Positions 23,501-31,029 of a stretch of 64,000 nt of DNA are shown piece by piece. The position numbers were made by a program, and so were the translations under genes. Where the stretch lies: contig SHLP01000005.1 of assembly GCA_004283055.1 (NCBI GenBank), positions 4,687 through 68,686 of the forward strand, written 5' to 3'. Below the pieces are notes generated by a model that made no database searches, was not told where the DNA came from, and was given only the letters and a program-made list of their open reading frames with translations. The DNA is from Deltaproteobacteria bacterium. Its GTDB lineage: Bacteria; Myxococcota_A; Polyangia; Polyangiales; Houyiibacteriaceae. Positions within the stretch are counted from its first letter, which is position 1; each line of letters opens with the position of its first letter.

Positions 23501-24114
23501 GGGGATTCGATCGCGCCCTTGCGGGAGAGGTGCAGCAGGATCTCGTCACGGTGGCCAGCACGCCGCTCACCCACGAGCCCGGAGCACCCCGCCTGCGCGA
23601 GCTCGATCCGCGGCGCCAGCTGCGCGAGCTCGAGTTCACACTTCGGGTCGACGAGCCGAGCCTCGATGGCCTGGCAGCGGTGCTCAAAGAGCATGGAGCG
23701 CCGAAGGCGGCGCCCGGCTATCCAGCACGCCTGAGCGAGCTGGGCTCTCAAGCGTTGCATCGCTATCTCCGCGGCTACATCGATTTGCTCTTCGAGTGGG
23801 AGCACCGCTGGTATGTCGCGGATTACAAGTCGAACAGCCTGCGCGCCTATGACGCAGACACGGTCACCGAGGCGGTTCAACGCGAGCACTATCTCTTGCA
23901 AGCGCAGCTCTACACCGCCGCGGTGCATAGGTATCTGACGCAGCGCGTCCGAGGCTACGACCCGGAAGCGCACTGGGGCGGCGCGCTCTTCGTCTTCATG
24001 CGGGGGATGACGGGTCCGGAGGGCGCAGGGTCGAGTGTGTTCTTCGATCGCGGATCTGCGGAGCTGCTCAAAGCAGTCGACCGGTGGCTGGGAGGAGGCG
24101 CAGATGCTCGCTGA
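20584..24114 (+). CDS. recB: exodeoxyribonuclease V beta subunit (UvrD-type helicase plus PD-(D/E)XK nuclease)
   Basis: Walker A LVEASAGTGKTH, helicase motif LIDEFQDTD, and the C-terminal nuclease motif GYIDLLFEWEHRWYVADYKSN. Confidence 0.92.
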   Translation: MSAMHPELVPLDAPTLVEASAGTGKTHAITTYFVRGLLELGLQPEQILVVTYTNAATAELRIRARDRIAQALVMLDSSNGRGDALREVVDAAAERLGRSEVERRLRNAIGKMDQAAILTIHGFCQRLLLEYPLELGIDFDLEVAEDVESVHAELAVDFWVSELYDQGEWLLEALKKAKVGPEHLATLASVASMRATELLGPERHDANDNLVADWLEEHRRAGELWNRERAQVCEILVRNPDFNRNRYNLKSIPKTWMPALDAFFEQPRFAYPPACLPLLAEGRMAMKKGRDEPEHAFFRACRSLLDAHETLQPMLDYAVFDVQQRFIEHARSVSRKRRHETSVFTFDDLLTAVYAALDPSMAGAAASSRDELIATIARSYPLALIDEFQDTDSVQYGIFRAIYGEGAAVYVGDPKQAIYSFRGADVFSYMGAAADVGQRKHALGTNWRSDPAVVEGVNALFSRREPAFALDGIDFEPAVAQADGNRSSLDAGLELIFIEEEQLEGPLAEAVAPIVANEIALLLDSEARINGRPVVPDDVAVLCRSNTQAEEVTAALRALRIPTSLDGGSTVLGTEIASELGAVLEAALMPGDAGAVRRALLTRLFGVSPYALSSMSDETWTSWVTRFREWNETWHSYGVLRFLEDMLRVSEAEKRIARQPAARRELTDLSHIEELLLRGEREQGRNPVSLMQWLRRASNGSAAGGVAREELQQRPDAESGAVRVATIHKSKGLEYGIVYCPFTWNDAGLRGFAAKALKFHDAERDIKLDLRLTLPDARNRFANQPELAEHRRLAELEAQSDALRLLYVAVTRAKHRCTLFWGRGAGWKTSALRYLLHGDDGFDELDEPQMRQAVEALAAASSGTIGCRPPHGEAAAPMQPEAPKANLAAKAQSRTFDQAPTMASFTSLSGHDEKAPVERSDGAPTEHDRALFGNLAPGARTGLLLHSILEQANFAELGGGATETLIERELGAWGFDRALAGEVQQDLVTVASTPLTHEPGAPRLRELDPRRQLRELEFTLRVDEPSLDGLAAVLKEHGAPKAAPGYPARLSELGSQALHRYLRGYIDLLFEWEHRWYVADYKSNSLRAYDADTVTEAVQREHYLLQAQLYTAAVHRYLTQRVRGYDPEAHWGGALFVFMRGMTGPEGAGSSVFFDRGSAELLKAVDRWLGGGADAR

Positions 24115-25807
24115 GCTTCGAGCAGGGGGACTTCTCGAGCTGCTCGACGTCGAGTTGGCCCGGGTCCTCGGCCGAATGGTCGAACCCGCGAGCCCCGAGG
24201 TCGAGCTCGCGATTGCGCTCACGAGCCGCAGCGTCCGCCGCGGACATAGCTGCTTTCCGATGGACATGTCGGTGGCGGAAATCTGGCCAGGAGAGGCCGG
24301 ACGACCAGGCAAGTTGCCGGCTAGAGGGCGCTGGAAAAGTCAGATCGAGGAAAGCCCATTGAGCGTTGACGGTCCCCTCGTGCTCGACGACGCCGGCCGT
24401 CTTTACCTGCGACGGTACTGGCAGCTCGAGCGTGACATTGCTCTGGAGCTTGCGCGGCGATCCTCTCGCCGGCCTGCCACGACGACCGAGACCAGCTGGC
24501 TCGAAGCGTCACTCGAACGCCTGTTCCCCGGCGCAGCTGACTCTCCGCAGCGCCGCGCCGCACAGAACGCTCTTCGGCACCCGGTATCGCTGCTCTGCGG
24601 CGGGCCGGGGACCGGGAAAACAACCACAGTGGCAGCGATCGTGACGCTGCTCATCGAAGGCCGCCTACGAGAGACCGAGAAAGCGCCCCGCGTAATGCTT
24701 CTCGCCCCGACGGGGAAGTCCGCTGCTCGCTTGGGAGAGGCGGTGCGCCAGGCGAAATCAAGCATCGAAGCTTCGTCCGAGGTGCTCTCGGTGATCCCCG
24801 AGCAAGCCACCACCTTGCAGCGGGCGCTCGGGATGCAGCGTGAAGGGTCGCGCTTCGCGCGGAACGCCGACCGGCCCCTCGAAGCTGACCTGATCGTCGT
24901 GGACGAAGCTTCGATGATCGACCTCGGCTTGATGCGGCAATTGCTCGATGCCACGCGGCGGGACGCCACTTTGCTGATCGTCGGGGACCCCGACCAGCTC
25001 ACCTCGGTGGAGGCGGGCTCGGTGCTTAGGGACCTGGTGACCGCGAGCGCCCAGACCGCTTGGAAAGGCAGAGTGACGCAGCTGACCAAGACCTATCGAT
25101 ACGACGAGACGCAGCCGCTCGGCCAGCTGATTGCGGCGATCCGCGAAGGGGACGCACGAGCCGTTCAAGGCCTGCTCGACCTCCGCGATGCAACGGACCT
25201 GGCCTGGGTCTCTTCGGCGGGCTTGCCTGCAGAGCTCGATCGCGCCGCGTCCCACTGGTCGGTCGCCCTGAGCTCAACGGACGCTCGCCGCCACTTCGAG
25301 CTTCGAAGCCGCTACGTGATGCTGAGCCCGTTTCGCAGAGGGATGGTGGGCACGCGCAGGCTCGGCGCCGCCCTGGTCGACCGGCTCTATCAAAACGAAG
25401 GGCGCGAGCCCGCGGTGACACCGATCATCATCGAAGAGAACAGCCACGAGCTGAAAGTGTACAACGGAGACTTCGCTATGCTGATCGAAGGCGCGCCAAC
25501 GGTCGCTATCGTGCAGAGCGATTCCGAAGCCTTTCGCGAGATCGCCGAGGCGAGGTTGCCGCGCTACTCCGACGCGTTCGCACTGAGTGTGCACAAGGCA
25601 CAGGGCTCGGAGTTCGACGAAGTTCTATTCGTTCTCCCGGACGAGGACGCACCGATGCTGAGCCGCGAGTTGCTCTACACCGCAGTCAGCCGTGCACGCA
25701 GCGCGGTTCGACTCGTCGGCCCGAAGGAGGTCGTGCTCGCCGCGCTCGGCCGGAGCGCTAAGCGCTACTCGGGTCTCGTCGACGCGATCGACGAGGCGAT
25801 CGATTGA
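24104..25807 (+). CDS. recD: exodeoxyribonuclease V alpha subunit
   Basis: Walker A GGPGTGKTT, Walker B LIVVDEASMID, and C-terminal SVHKAQGSEFD. ATG at 24104 overlaps the recB end by 11 nt. Confidence 0.9.
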   Translation: MLAELRAGGLLELLDVELARVLGRMVEPASPEVELAIALTSRSVRRGHSCFPMDMSVAEIWPGEAGRPGKLPARGRWKSQIEESPLSVDGPLVLDDAGRLYLRRYWQLERDIALELARRSSRRPATTTETSWLEASLERLFPGAADSPQRRAAQNALRHPVSLLCGGPGTGKTTTVAAIVTLLIEGRLRETEKAPRVMLLAPTGKSAARLGEAVRQAKSSIEASSEVLSVIPEQATTLQRALGMQREGSRFARNADRPLEADLIVVDEASMIDLGLMRQLLDATRRDATLLIVGDPDQLTSVEAGSVLRDLVTASAQTAWKGRVTQLTKTYRYDETQPLGQLIAAIREGDARAVQGLLDLRDATDLAWVSSAGLPAELDRAASHWSVALSSTDARRHFELRSRYVMLSPFRRGMVGTRRLGAALVDRLYQNEGREPAVTPIIIEENSHELKVYNGDFAMLIEGAPTVAIVQSDSEAFREIAEARLPRYSDAFALSVHKAQGSEFDEVLFVLPDEDAPMLSRELLYTAVSRARSAVRLVGPKEVVLAALGRSAKRYSGLVDAIDEAID

Positions 25808-25834
25808 GGGGAAGCGGGAGCGGGGAAGCCGGGG

Positions 25835-26014
25835 TCAGGCAGCCTGAGGCGGCCACTGACGTCGAATCTTATGGGCGACCCTCGCGGCCGTCTCCTCATC
25901 GATGGGCTGCGTCGGGTCCGCGCCCAGCTGCTTGAGGATCACCTTGCAGTGAGCGGGGTTCCAGTTGAGGAGCTTGGCTAGCTCCCTGAGCTCGTAGGAC
26001 TCTGTGACGACCAT
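25835..26014 (-). CDS. small hypothetical protein (59 aa), possible helix-turn-helix
   Basis: Below the track's size cut-off; translated by hand as MVVTESYELRELAKLLNWNPAHCKVILKQLGADPTQPIDEETAARVAHKIRRQWPPQAA. ATG is cat at 26012-26014, with AAAGGAAG 7-8 nt upstream, and the stop is tca at 25835-25837. Mostly GC3 codons. Confidence 0.4.
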   Translation of the reverse strand: MVVTESYELRELAKLLNWNPAHCKVILKQLGADPTQPIDEETAARVAHKIRRQWPPQAA

Positions 26015-26025
26015 CGTGCGCTTCC

Positions 26026-26069
26026 TTTACTAACAGTAAATTTATAGCGCAGATTGGGACGCGATCCAA
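26026..26069 (-). promoter_or_regulatory. sigma-70-like promoter (TTGGAT-N17-TATAAA) with an abutting 15-bp palindrome TTTACTgttAGTAAA
   Basis: Read on the minus strand: aacTTGGATcgcgtcccaatctgcgcTATAAAtttactgttagtaaaggaagcgcacgATG. The -35 element is at 26064-26069, the -10 at 26041-26046 and the palindrome at 26026-26040. A further GTTAGTAAA copy lies at 26084-26092. This is a conspicuously AT-rich patch in a GC-rich genome. Confidence 0.35.
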
Positions 26070-26073
26070 GTTC

Positions 26074-26430
26074 TTAATTGCCAGTTAGTAAATAAGCGAC
26101 GACACCCAATAAGGCTAGTAATGACAGGGTGATAATCAGCGAGCTGGGTCCACGAACGCCCGGAGCCGGCCTCGAGTCGGGGGGCGGCGCGATGGGTGGC
26201 CCTTCGACGGGCTGGGCGGCTAGGAACTCCTCGATGAGCTGAGTCGCTTGGGCGACCTGGTCCGTTTCGACACGAATTTCGGTCCCGTGCCGCTGCCGGT
26301 CGGTGATGCCCGGGTAGGCGGTGTCACGGTGATTGACCAGGACAGCGGCGATGCCGTCAGCCTCCAGGGCCTCCTGGAGCGCCAGTGCCTGCACCTCGTC
26401 GTCGGTCTCGTAGACGCTTCGTGTCTCCAT
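26074..26430 (-). CDS. DUF2007-like (putative signal-transducing) domain protein with C-terminal TM anchor
   Basis: The N-terminal approx. 75 aa (METRSVYETDDEVQALALQEALEADGIAAVLVN...IRVETDQVAQATQLIEEF) look DUF2007-like. A proline-rich linker follows, then the TM segment LIITLSLLALLGVVAYLL. It lies 3 nt downstream of the M48 gene. Confidence 0.6.
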   Translation of the reverse strand: METRSVYETDDEVQALALQEALEADGIAAVLVNHRDTAYPGITDRQRHGTEIRVETDQVAQATQLIEEFLAAQPVEGPPIAPPPDSRPAPGVRGPSSLIITLSLLALLGVVAYLLTGN

Positions 26431-26433
26431 GGG

Positions 26434-28386
26434 TTACTCCGATTGCACAAAAGGCGGGACGGGACAATCGACCGCATCGCCGATCGCGCGGATGAGCTCG
26501 GCCTCTCGGTCGGTAATCCTGTCGTCGGCCATGACGGTTGCGGCGCAGCCCAACATGAGGCCCTGCTTGAGCGCGGGCGACGCCGCATCGTAACGGTTGA
26601 GCGCGCGGTCGACTGCAGCGAGCGTGCATTCGCTCTCGGCTAGGATCGAACCTCCTGCCTCCCCGAGGTGAAGCGCCTGTGCGCCGTGCCGAAACGCACG
26701 CTCCGCTTCTTCGTCATTTCGGCTCCCTACCCGGGCCAAGGTGGCGAGCAGAACGCGCGTATCGGGCACGAGCACCCGAAGCGTTCGGAACCGAAGAGGC
26801 GCCGGGCCCGCACCTTCGAAGTGCCGCGCGAGGTGACGCTGGATCATGCGACTCAGAGTGTACTCGAACAAATCGATACGCCGGTCGCTCTCCATCAGCG
26901 CGTGGACGACCTGGCGAAAGCGCTCGTACTCGTCGACGGATAGGTTGCGCAAGGTCGGAAGCGCAATGTCGACGAGCGCGATCTTTTCCGCCGAGGAGCG
27001 ATCGACGGCCTCGGAGTGAAACCGAAGCGTGAGGTCCGCGGTGGGCGCGTCGGTCAGCTCCGCGACGCGAGTCAGCTCGGTCCCGCGGAGCACCTCGTCC
27101 TGCGCCAGCAGGATACCGAACAGCATGGCCTGGGCCATCGGGGCCTGATGAACGGCATGAAGCCAGAAGTCGGGAAGCGACGCGTGGAGCGAGCGTGCAA
27201 AGGCGACCTGTTCGGGGCGGGGGCTCCCGATGTGTTCGAGGGCTTGGCCCACCGAGAGCTCGGTCGGGGCGTCCGAGAACGCGTAGACCTCGCCGCCTGG
27301 CGGCCCCGGCGGCGTGCTCATGCCCTCTGCGATCCGCGGCACCGTCACTTCCGGGAACTCCCCATCCCAGCTCGGCTCGAGCTTGCGAATGCGCTCGCCG
27401 AGCGGGGGGTGGGTTCGGAACAAGCCGGCGAAAAGCCGGAGCCTGCGAATCGCATCGGAGAAAAAGATGTGGCTCGCTTCGTCGGCCTTGGGGGTTTGAA
27501 GGTGCGAGCTTGGCGACGCGCCGCCGATCTTCTTGAGGGCTCCGACCAAGCCGTTGCTGTCCCGCGTGAACTGCACCGCAGAAGCATCGGCCAACATCTC
27601 TCGCTGTCGGGAGATCGAGCTCTGAATCATGCGTCCGAAGAACACACCGATCGAGCCGATCGCGAGAAGACCAATGCCGATGACGGCTACGCCGCCGCCT
27701 TCCTTCTTGCCGCTGTGCATCGAGCCGCGAATCAGAAAGCGACCGATGAGCGCGAGAAGGAAGATCCCGTGCAGGAGACCGATGGCGCGCAGGTTGATGC
27801 GCGAGTCTCCGTTGAGGATGTGACTGAACTCGTGGGCGATGACGCCTTGCAGCTCGTCTCGCCTCAGAAGCTGAAGAGTGCCCTGTGTGACGCCGATCAC
27901 CGCGTCGCTCGTGGTGTTTCCGGCGGCGAATGCATTGATGCCCGGTTCGCGGTCGAGTACGTAGACCTCGGGGGCAGGGATGCCCGAGGCGATGGCCATC
28001 TCTTCGACGACATTCAAGAGACGTCGCTCGTCGAGTCTGGTCGAATCCGGGTCGACCCGGCGCCCGCCGAGTCCGTGGGCCACCGCGGGGCCGCCCGCGC
28101 GAAGCTGCGCGATTTTGTAAAGCGACCCGAGGCCGACCACCGCAGCCGTGCTCCCGAGCGCAAAAACGAACACGCGAGGATTCCACATCGCGAGGGCGAG
28201 CTGAGCGACGTTCTCGTAGTCGCCCGTCATGTAGCGTACGCCCGCCGCGTCGACGGAGATGACGCCCGAGACGAGCATGGCAAGGATGTAGACCGCGGCG
28301 ATGACGCCGAGGACAGCCAGCGTGAACAGCAAGGCCAGTCGCCGGGTCCGCTTGCGCGCGAGGACCTGCTCCTCGAAGAAGTCCAT
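26434..28386 (-). CDS. M48-family (HtpX/Ste24-like) zinc metallopeptidase with long C-terminal extension
   Basis: N-terminal TM helices, HExxH as AHEFSHILNGD, and a downstream ...EMLADASAV... glutamate. The C-terminal approx. 330 aa extension ends ...MADDRITDREAELIRAIGDAVDCP, which looks TerB-like (inference). Confidence 0.85.
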   Translation of the reverse strand: MDFFEEQVLARKRTRRLALLFTLAVLGVIAAVYILAMLVSGVISVDAAGVRYMTGDYENVAQLALAMWNPRVFVFALGSTAAVVGLGSLYKIAQLRAGGPAVAHGLGGRRVDPDSTRLDERRLLNVVEEMAIASGIPAPEVYVLDREPGINAFAAGNTTSDAVIGVTQGTLQLLRRDELQGVIAHEFSHILNGDSRINLRAIGLLHGIFLLALIGRFLIRGSMHSGKKEGGGVAVIGIGLLAIGSIGVFFGRMIQSSISRQREMLADASAVQFTRDSNGLVGALKKIGGASPSSHLQTPKADEASHIFFSDAIRRLRLFAGLFRTHPPLGERIRKLEPSWDGEFPEVTVPRIAEGMSTPPGPPGGEVYAFSDAPTELSVGQALEHIGSPRPEQVAFARSLHASLPDFWLHAVHQAPMAQAMLFGILLAQDEVLRGTELTRVAELTDAPTADLTLRFHSEAVDRSSAEKIALVDIALPTLRNLSVDEYERFRQVVHALMESDRRIDLFEYTLSRMIQRHLARHFEGAGPAPLRFRTLRVLVPDTRVLLATLARVGSRNDEEAERAFRHGAQALHLGEAGGSILAESECTLAAVDRALNRYDAASPALKQGLMLGCAATVMADDRITDREAELIRAIGDAVDCPVPPFVQSE

Positions 28387-28389
28387 GGC

Positions 28390-28977
28390 TCAGAACTGGA
28401 CTTTGACGGGCGCGCGCTCGGCTTCGTCTTCGACCTCGAAGAACTCCGCGCGCTCGAACCCGAACATGCCGGCAACGAGGTTGGACGGCACCATCTCGCA
28501 CTTGTTGTTGTACCGCATCACGGCATCGTTGAAGGCTTGCCGTGCGAACGAGATCTTGTTCTCGGTCGTCGAGAGCTCTTCAGATAGCTGCATCATGGTC
28601 TTGTCCGACTTCAGGTCGGGGTACGCCTCCGAGAGCGCAAAGAGCCGGCCGAGCACACCGCTCAGGCCTGCTTCGGCGCTTGCGAGCCCCTGCATCGCCT
28701 GCGGGTCTCCCGGCTTGGCTGCGGCCCGAGTTCGAGCTCCCTCCGCCGAATTGCGGGCGGCGATCACGGCCTCCAGCGTCTCGCGCTCGTGGGCTAGGAA
28801 GCCCTTGGCGGTTTCGACGAGGTTTGGAATCAAGTCGTGGCGCCGCTTGAGCTGCACGTCTATCTGGGCGAACGCGTTCCGGAAGCGGTTCCGGAGATTG
28901 ACGAGGCCGTTGTACATGCCGGCAAACCAGGCGACCAGCGCAACAGCGAGCACCAACGTAGCAATCAGCCAGATCAT
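28390..28977 (-). CDS. lemA: LemA family protein
   Basis: N-terminal TM segment, then YNGLVNLRNRFRNAFAQIDVQLKRRHDLIPNLVETAKGF..., the hallmark LemA sequence. GGGGAGGA Shine-Dalgarno upstream. Confidence 0.9.
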   Translation of the reverse strand: MIWLIATLVLAVALVAWFAGMYNGLVNLRNRFRNAFAQIDVQLKRRHDLIPNLVETAKGFLAHERETLEAVIAARNSAEGARTRAAAKPGDPQAMQGLASAEAGLSGVLGRLFALSEAYPDLKSDKTMMQLSEELSTTENKISFARQAFNDAVMRYNNKCEMVPSNLVAGMFGFERAEFFEVEDEAERAPVKVQF

Positions 28978-29097
28978 GGCGTCCTCCCCTGCCCGTAAAA
29001 GGCGCTTTCAGTGTAGGTGCCGCTCCTTATAAACTCAAATCCTGATGCAATCCGGCAAGACGGTGTTGATCACGGAGGCCAAGCGACCGCTTCGCGC

Positions 29098-29613
29098 TCA
29101 TCCGGTCGCCTTTCTCGCTTCGAGCATCATCTCGGCCAACTTCGTGAACACCTGACTGACGCTGTCTCCCGTCTTCGCGCTCGCTTGGACGAGCTGCCAT
29201 TCGAGCTTGCTCGCCGCGTCGATTTGAGCCCTGCTGAGTGCGAAGTCTCCGGTCCGATCGGACTTGTTCACGACGAGGATTGCCGGCCGCGAGCCAATGA
29301 ACCCGCGCTCCTTGGAGTGCGCCTCGAGCAGGTGGTCCAGCGTCTGCGGCTTGGTGGCGTCCACCACGAAGATGAGGCCCGATGCCCCGGAAATGAACGA
29401 GCGGTTGTATTGGCCCCCCGCGTCGACCCCTGCCGGATCCCAGAGCATCATCTCGAGCGTGACGTCGCCCAGCTCGACGGTGCCCGAGAAAATCGACATC
29501 GCGATCGACGAGTTGTGCTCTGGTTCGAAGCGGTCCTCGACGAATCGCTGAACGAGGCTCGATTTCCCAACCCCCGAAGCACCTAAAACACACACTTTCC
29601 GCTTCAGCCGCAC
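29098..29613 (-). CDS. Ras-superfamily small GTPase
   Basis: G1 GASGVGKS, G3 WDPAG, G4 NKSD, G5 SAK. 171 aa. GTG start at 29613. Confidence 0.8.
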   Translation of the reverse strand: MRLKRKVCVLGASGVGKSSLVQRFVEDRFEPEHNSSIAMSIFSGTVELGDVTLEMMLWDPAGVDAGGQYNRSFISGASGLIFVVDATKPQTLDHLLEAHSKERGFIGSRPAILVVNKSDRTGDFALSRAQIDAASKLEWQLVQASAKTGDSVSQVFTKLAEMMLEARKATG

Positions 29614-29700
29614 AGCTCTTTAGTACGCCAAGTCCGGTGCGCCGCAAAGCCCCGCGCAGGGGGTGGCGGCCACATACCTTCTTGTCCTAGAGTCCCGCCG

Positions 29701-30966
29701 ATGAGCGAGCACAAAGAGAAGCTGGAGTTCGGCGGGGTCCCTGGGAACTTCGCCATGATTTTCGGCCTCCCCGTTTTCACGGCGTATCTCTTCTTCGCGG
29801 TGCGTTTCAACGACGGCGCCGTGCTTCCGGGGCCCAACGCCGACTGGGAGGGTTTCAGGCAGGCCATGATGCCGACGGGACGGGCGGCGATCATCTACGG
29901 TCTGTGGTTCGCGCTTCAGGCTCTCCTGCAACGGTACGCGCCCGGTCGGGAGGTCCTCGGCGCCGAGCTGCCCGACGGCAGCCGACTGCCTTATCGAATG
30001 AACGGACTGTTCTCGCTCCTCGTGAGCTTCATCGTAGTGGCTACTGCGCACTGGTCCGGTCTGTTCTCGATTCGCGAGCTCTACGACCAGTTCGGCGCGC
30101 TGATCAGCGTGATGACGATCTTCGTGTTCTTCTTCAGCGCCTATCTCTACTGGTATGGCAAGCAGCACGGGCAAGCGCGGCACCTCAGCGGCAAGCTCAT
30201 CCACGATTTTTGGATGGGGACGGGCCACAACCCGCGCATTCCAGCGGGCCGCGATGGCCTGGATCTGAAAATATTTTGCGAAGCGCGGCCGGGGCTCATC
30301 TTGTGGGTGCTGATCAACACCTCGTTCGCCTACGTTCAGTACGAAAAGTACGGCTTCGTATCGACGTCGATGATCCTCGTTTGGCTCTTCCAAATGTTTT
30401 ACATCGTCGACTACTTCTGGAACGAAGAGGCCATCCTCACCACGATGGACATCAAGCACGAGAACTTCGGCTACATGCTGGCGTTCGGCGACTTGGTCTG
30501 GGTGCCGATGACCTACTCCCTGCAAGCGCACTACCTCATCGACCGCGTGCACTCCTTGCCCTGGTGGGGAGCGCTCCTGATCGTCGCCGTCAACATGCTC
30601 GGCCTTTACATCTTCCGCGTCGTGAATCTGCAGAAGCACAAGTTCCGAAAAGACCCGGACAACGCCCGCATTTGGGGCAAGAAGGTCGAGTACCTTCAAA
30701 CCGAGCAGGGCGGTAAGCTCCTGCTGTCGGGATTTTGGGGTTGGTCCCGTCACTTCAACTACGTCGGGGACATATTGATGGCGCTGTCCTGGTCCCTCCC
30801 CTGCCTGTTCGGGTCGGCCCTCCCCTATTTCTACCCAATCTACTTCGCGATCCTGCTGATCCACCGCGAGCGCCGAGACCACAAGTTCTGCTCGAAGAAG
30901 TACGGCGAAGACTGGAAGCGGTACTGCGAACGAGTTCGCTGGCGAATCATCCCCGGCGTCTACTAA
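29701..30966 (+). CDS. delta(14)-sterol reductase-like protein (ERG4/ERG24 / TM7SF2 family)
   Basis: A polytopic membrane protein. From memory it aligns over its whole length with eukaryotic C-14 sterol reductases: LEFGG near the N-terminus, FCEARPGLILWVLIN, EEAILTTMDIKHENFGYMLAFGDLVWVPMTYSLQA, KLLLSGFWGWSRHFNYVGDILMALSWSLPC, and C-terminal LLIHRERRDHKFCSKKYGEDWKRYCERVRWRIIPGVY. Confidence 0.85.
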   Translation: MSEHKEKLEFGGVPGNFAMIFGLPVFTAYLFFAVRFNDGAVLPGPNADWEGFRQAMMPTGRAAIIYGLWFALQALLQRYAPGREVLGAELPDGSRLPYRMNGLFSLLVSFIVVATAHWSGLFSIRELYDQFGALISVMTIFVFFFSAYLYWYGKQHGQARHLSGKLIHDFWMGTGHNPRIPAGRDGLDLKIFCEARPGLILWVLINTSFAYVQYEKYGFVSTSMILVWLFQMFYIVDYFWNEEAILTTMDIKHENFGYMLAFGDLVWVPMTYSLQAHYLIDRVHSLPWWGALLIVAVNMLGLYIFRVVNLQKHKFRKDPDNARIWGKKVEYLQTEQGGKLLLSGFWGWSRHFNYVGDILMALSWSLPCLFGSALPYFYPIYFAILLIHRERRDHKFCSKKYGEDWKRYCERVRWRIIPGVY

Positions 30967-30973
30967 CCCGCCT

Positions 30974-30996
30974 AAAAAGGGGACAGTCCCCTTTTT
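30974..30996 (+). terminator. rho-independent terminator hairpin (perfect 11-nt arms, T-run)
   Basis: aaaaaggggac-a-gtccccttttt, 8 nt after the sterol reductase stop. The arms are exact reverse complements and the 3' arm ends in TTTTT. Confidence 0.6.
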
Positions 30997-31029
30997 CGAG
31001 AGGTTGATGCGCAGTAGGCTTGGACGGTC

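Noticed and set aside
17438-25807. recC-recB-recD as a possible novel nuclease or defence system
   Set aside because: All three carry canonical RecBCD motifs in the standard overlapping operon, so this is ordinary recombination and repair machinery.
26714-28501. 595-aa alternative-frame ORF over the M48 and LemA genes
   Set aside because: It is extremely Arg/Pro/Gly-rich. The other minus-strand frame carries the HExxH peptidase and the LemA signature.
28978-29097. AT-richer patch (ttataaactcaaatcctgatgcaatcc) between the GTPase and lemA as a promoter
   Set aside because: The possible -35 and -10 hexamers (TTGCAT or TTGCCG with TATAAG or TTTATA) have 13-nt or 19-21-nt spacers. That is too poor to call.
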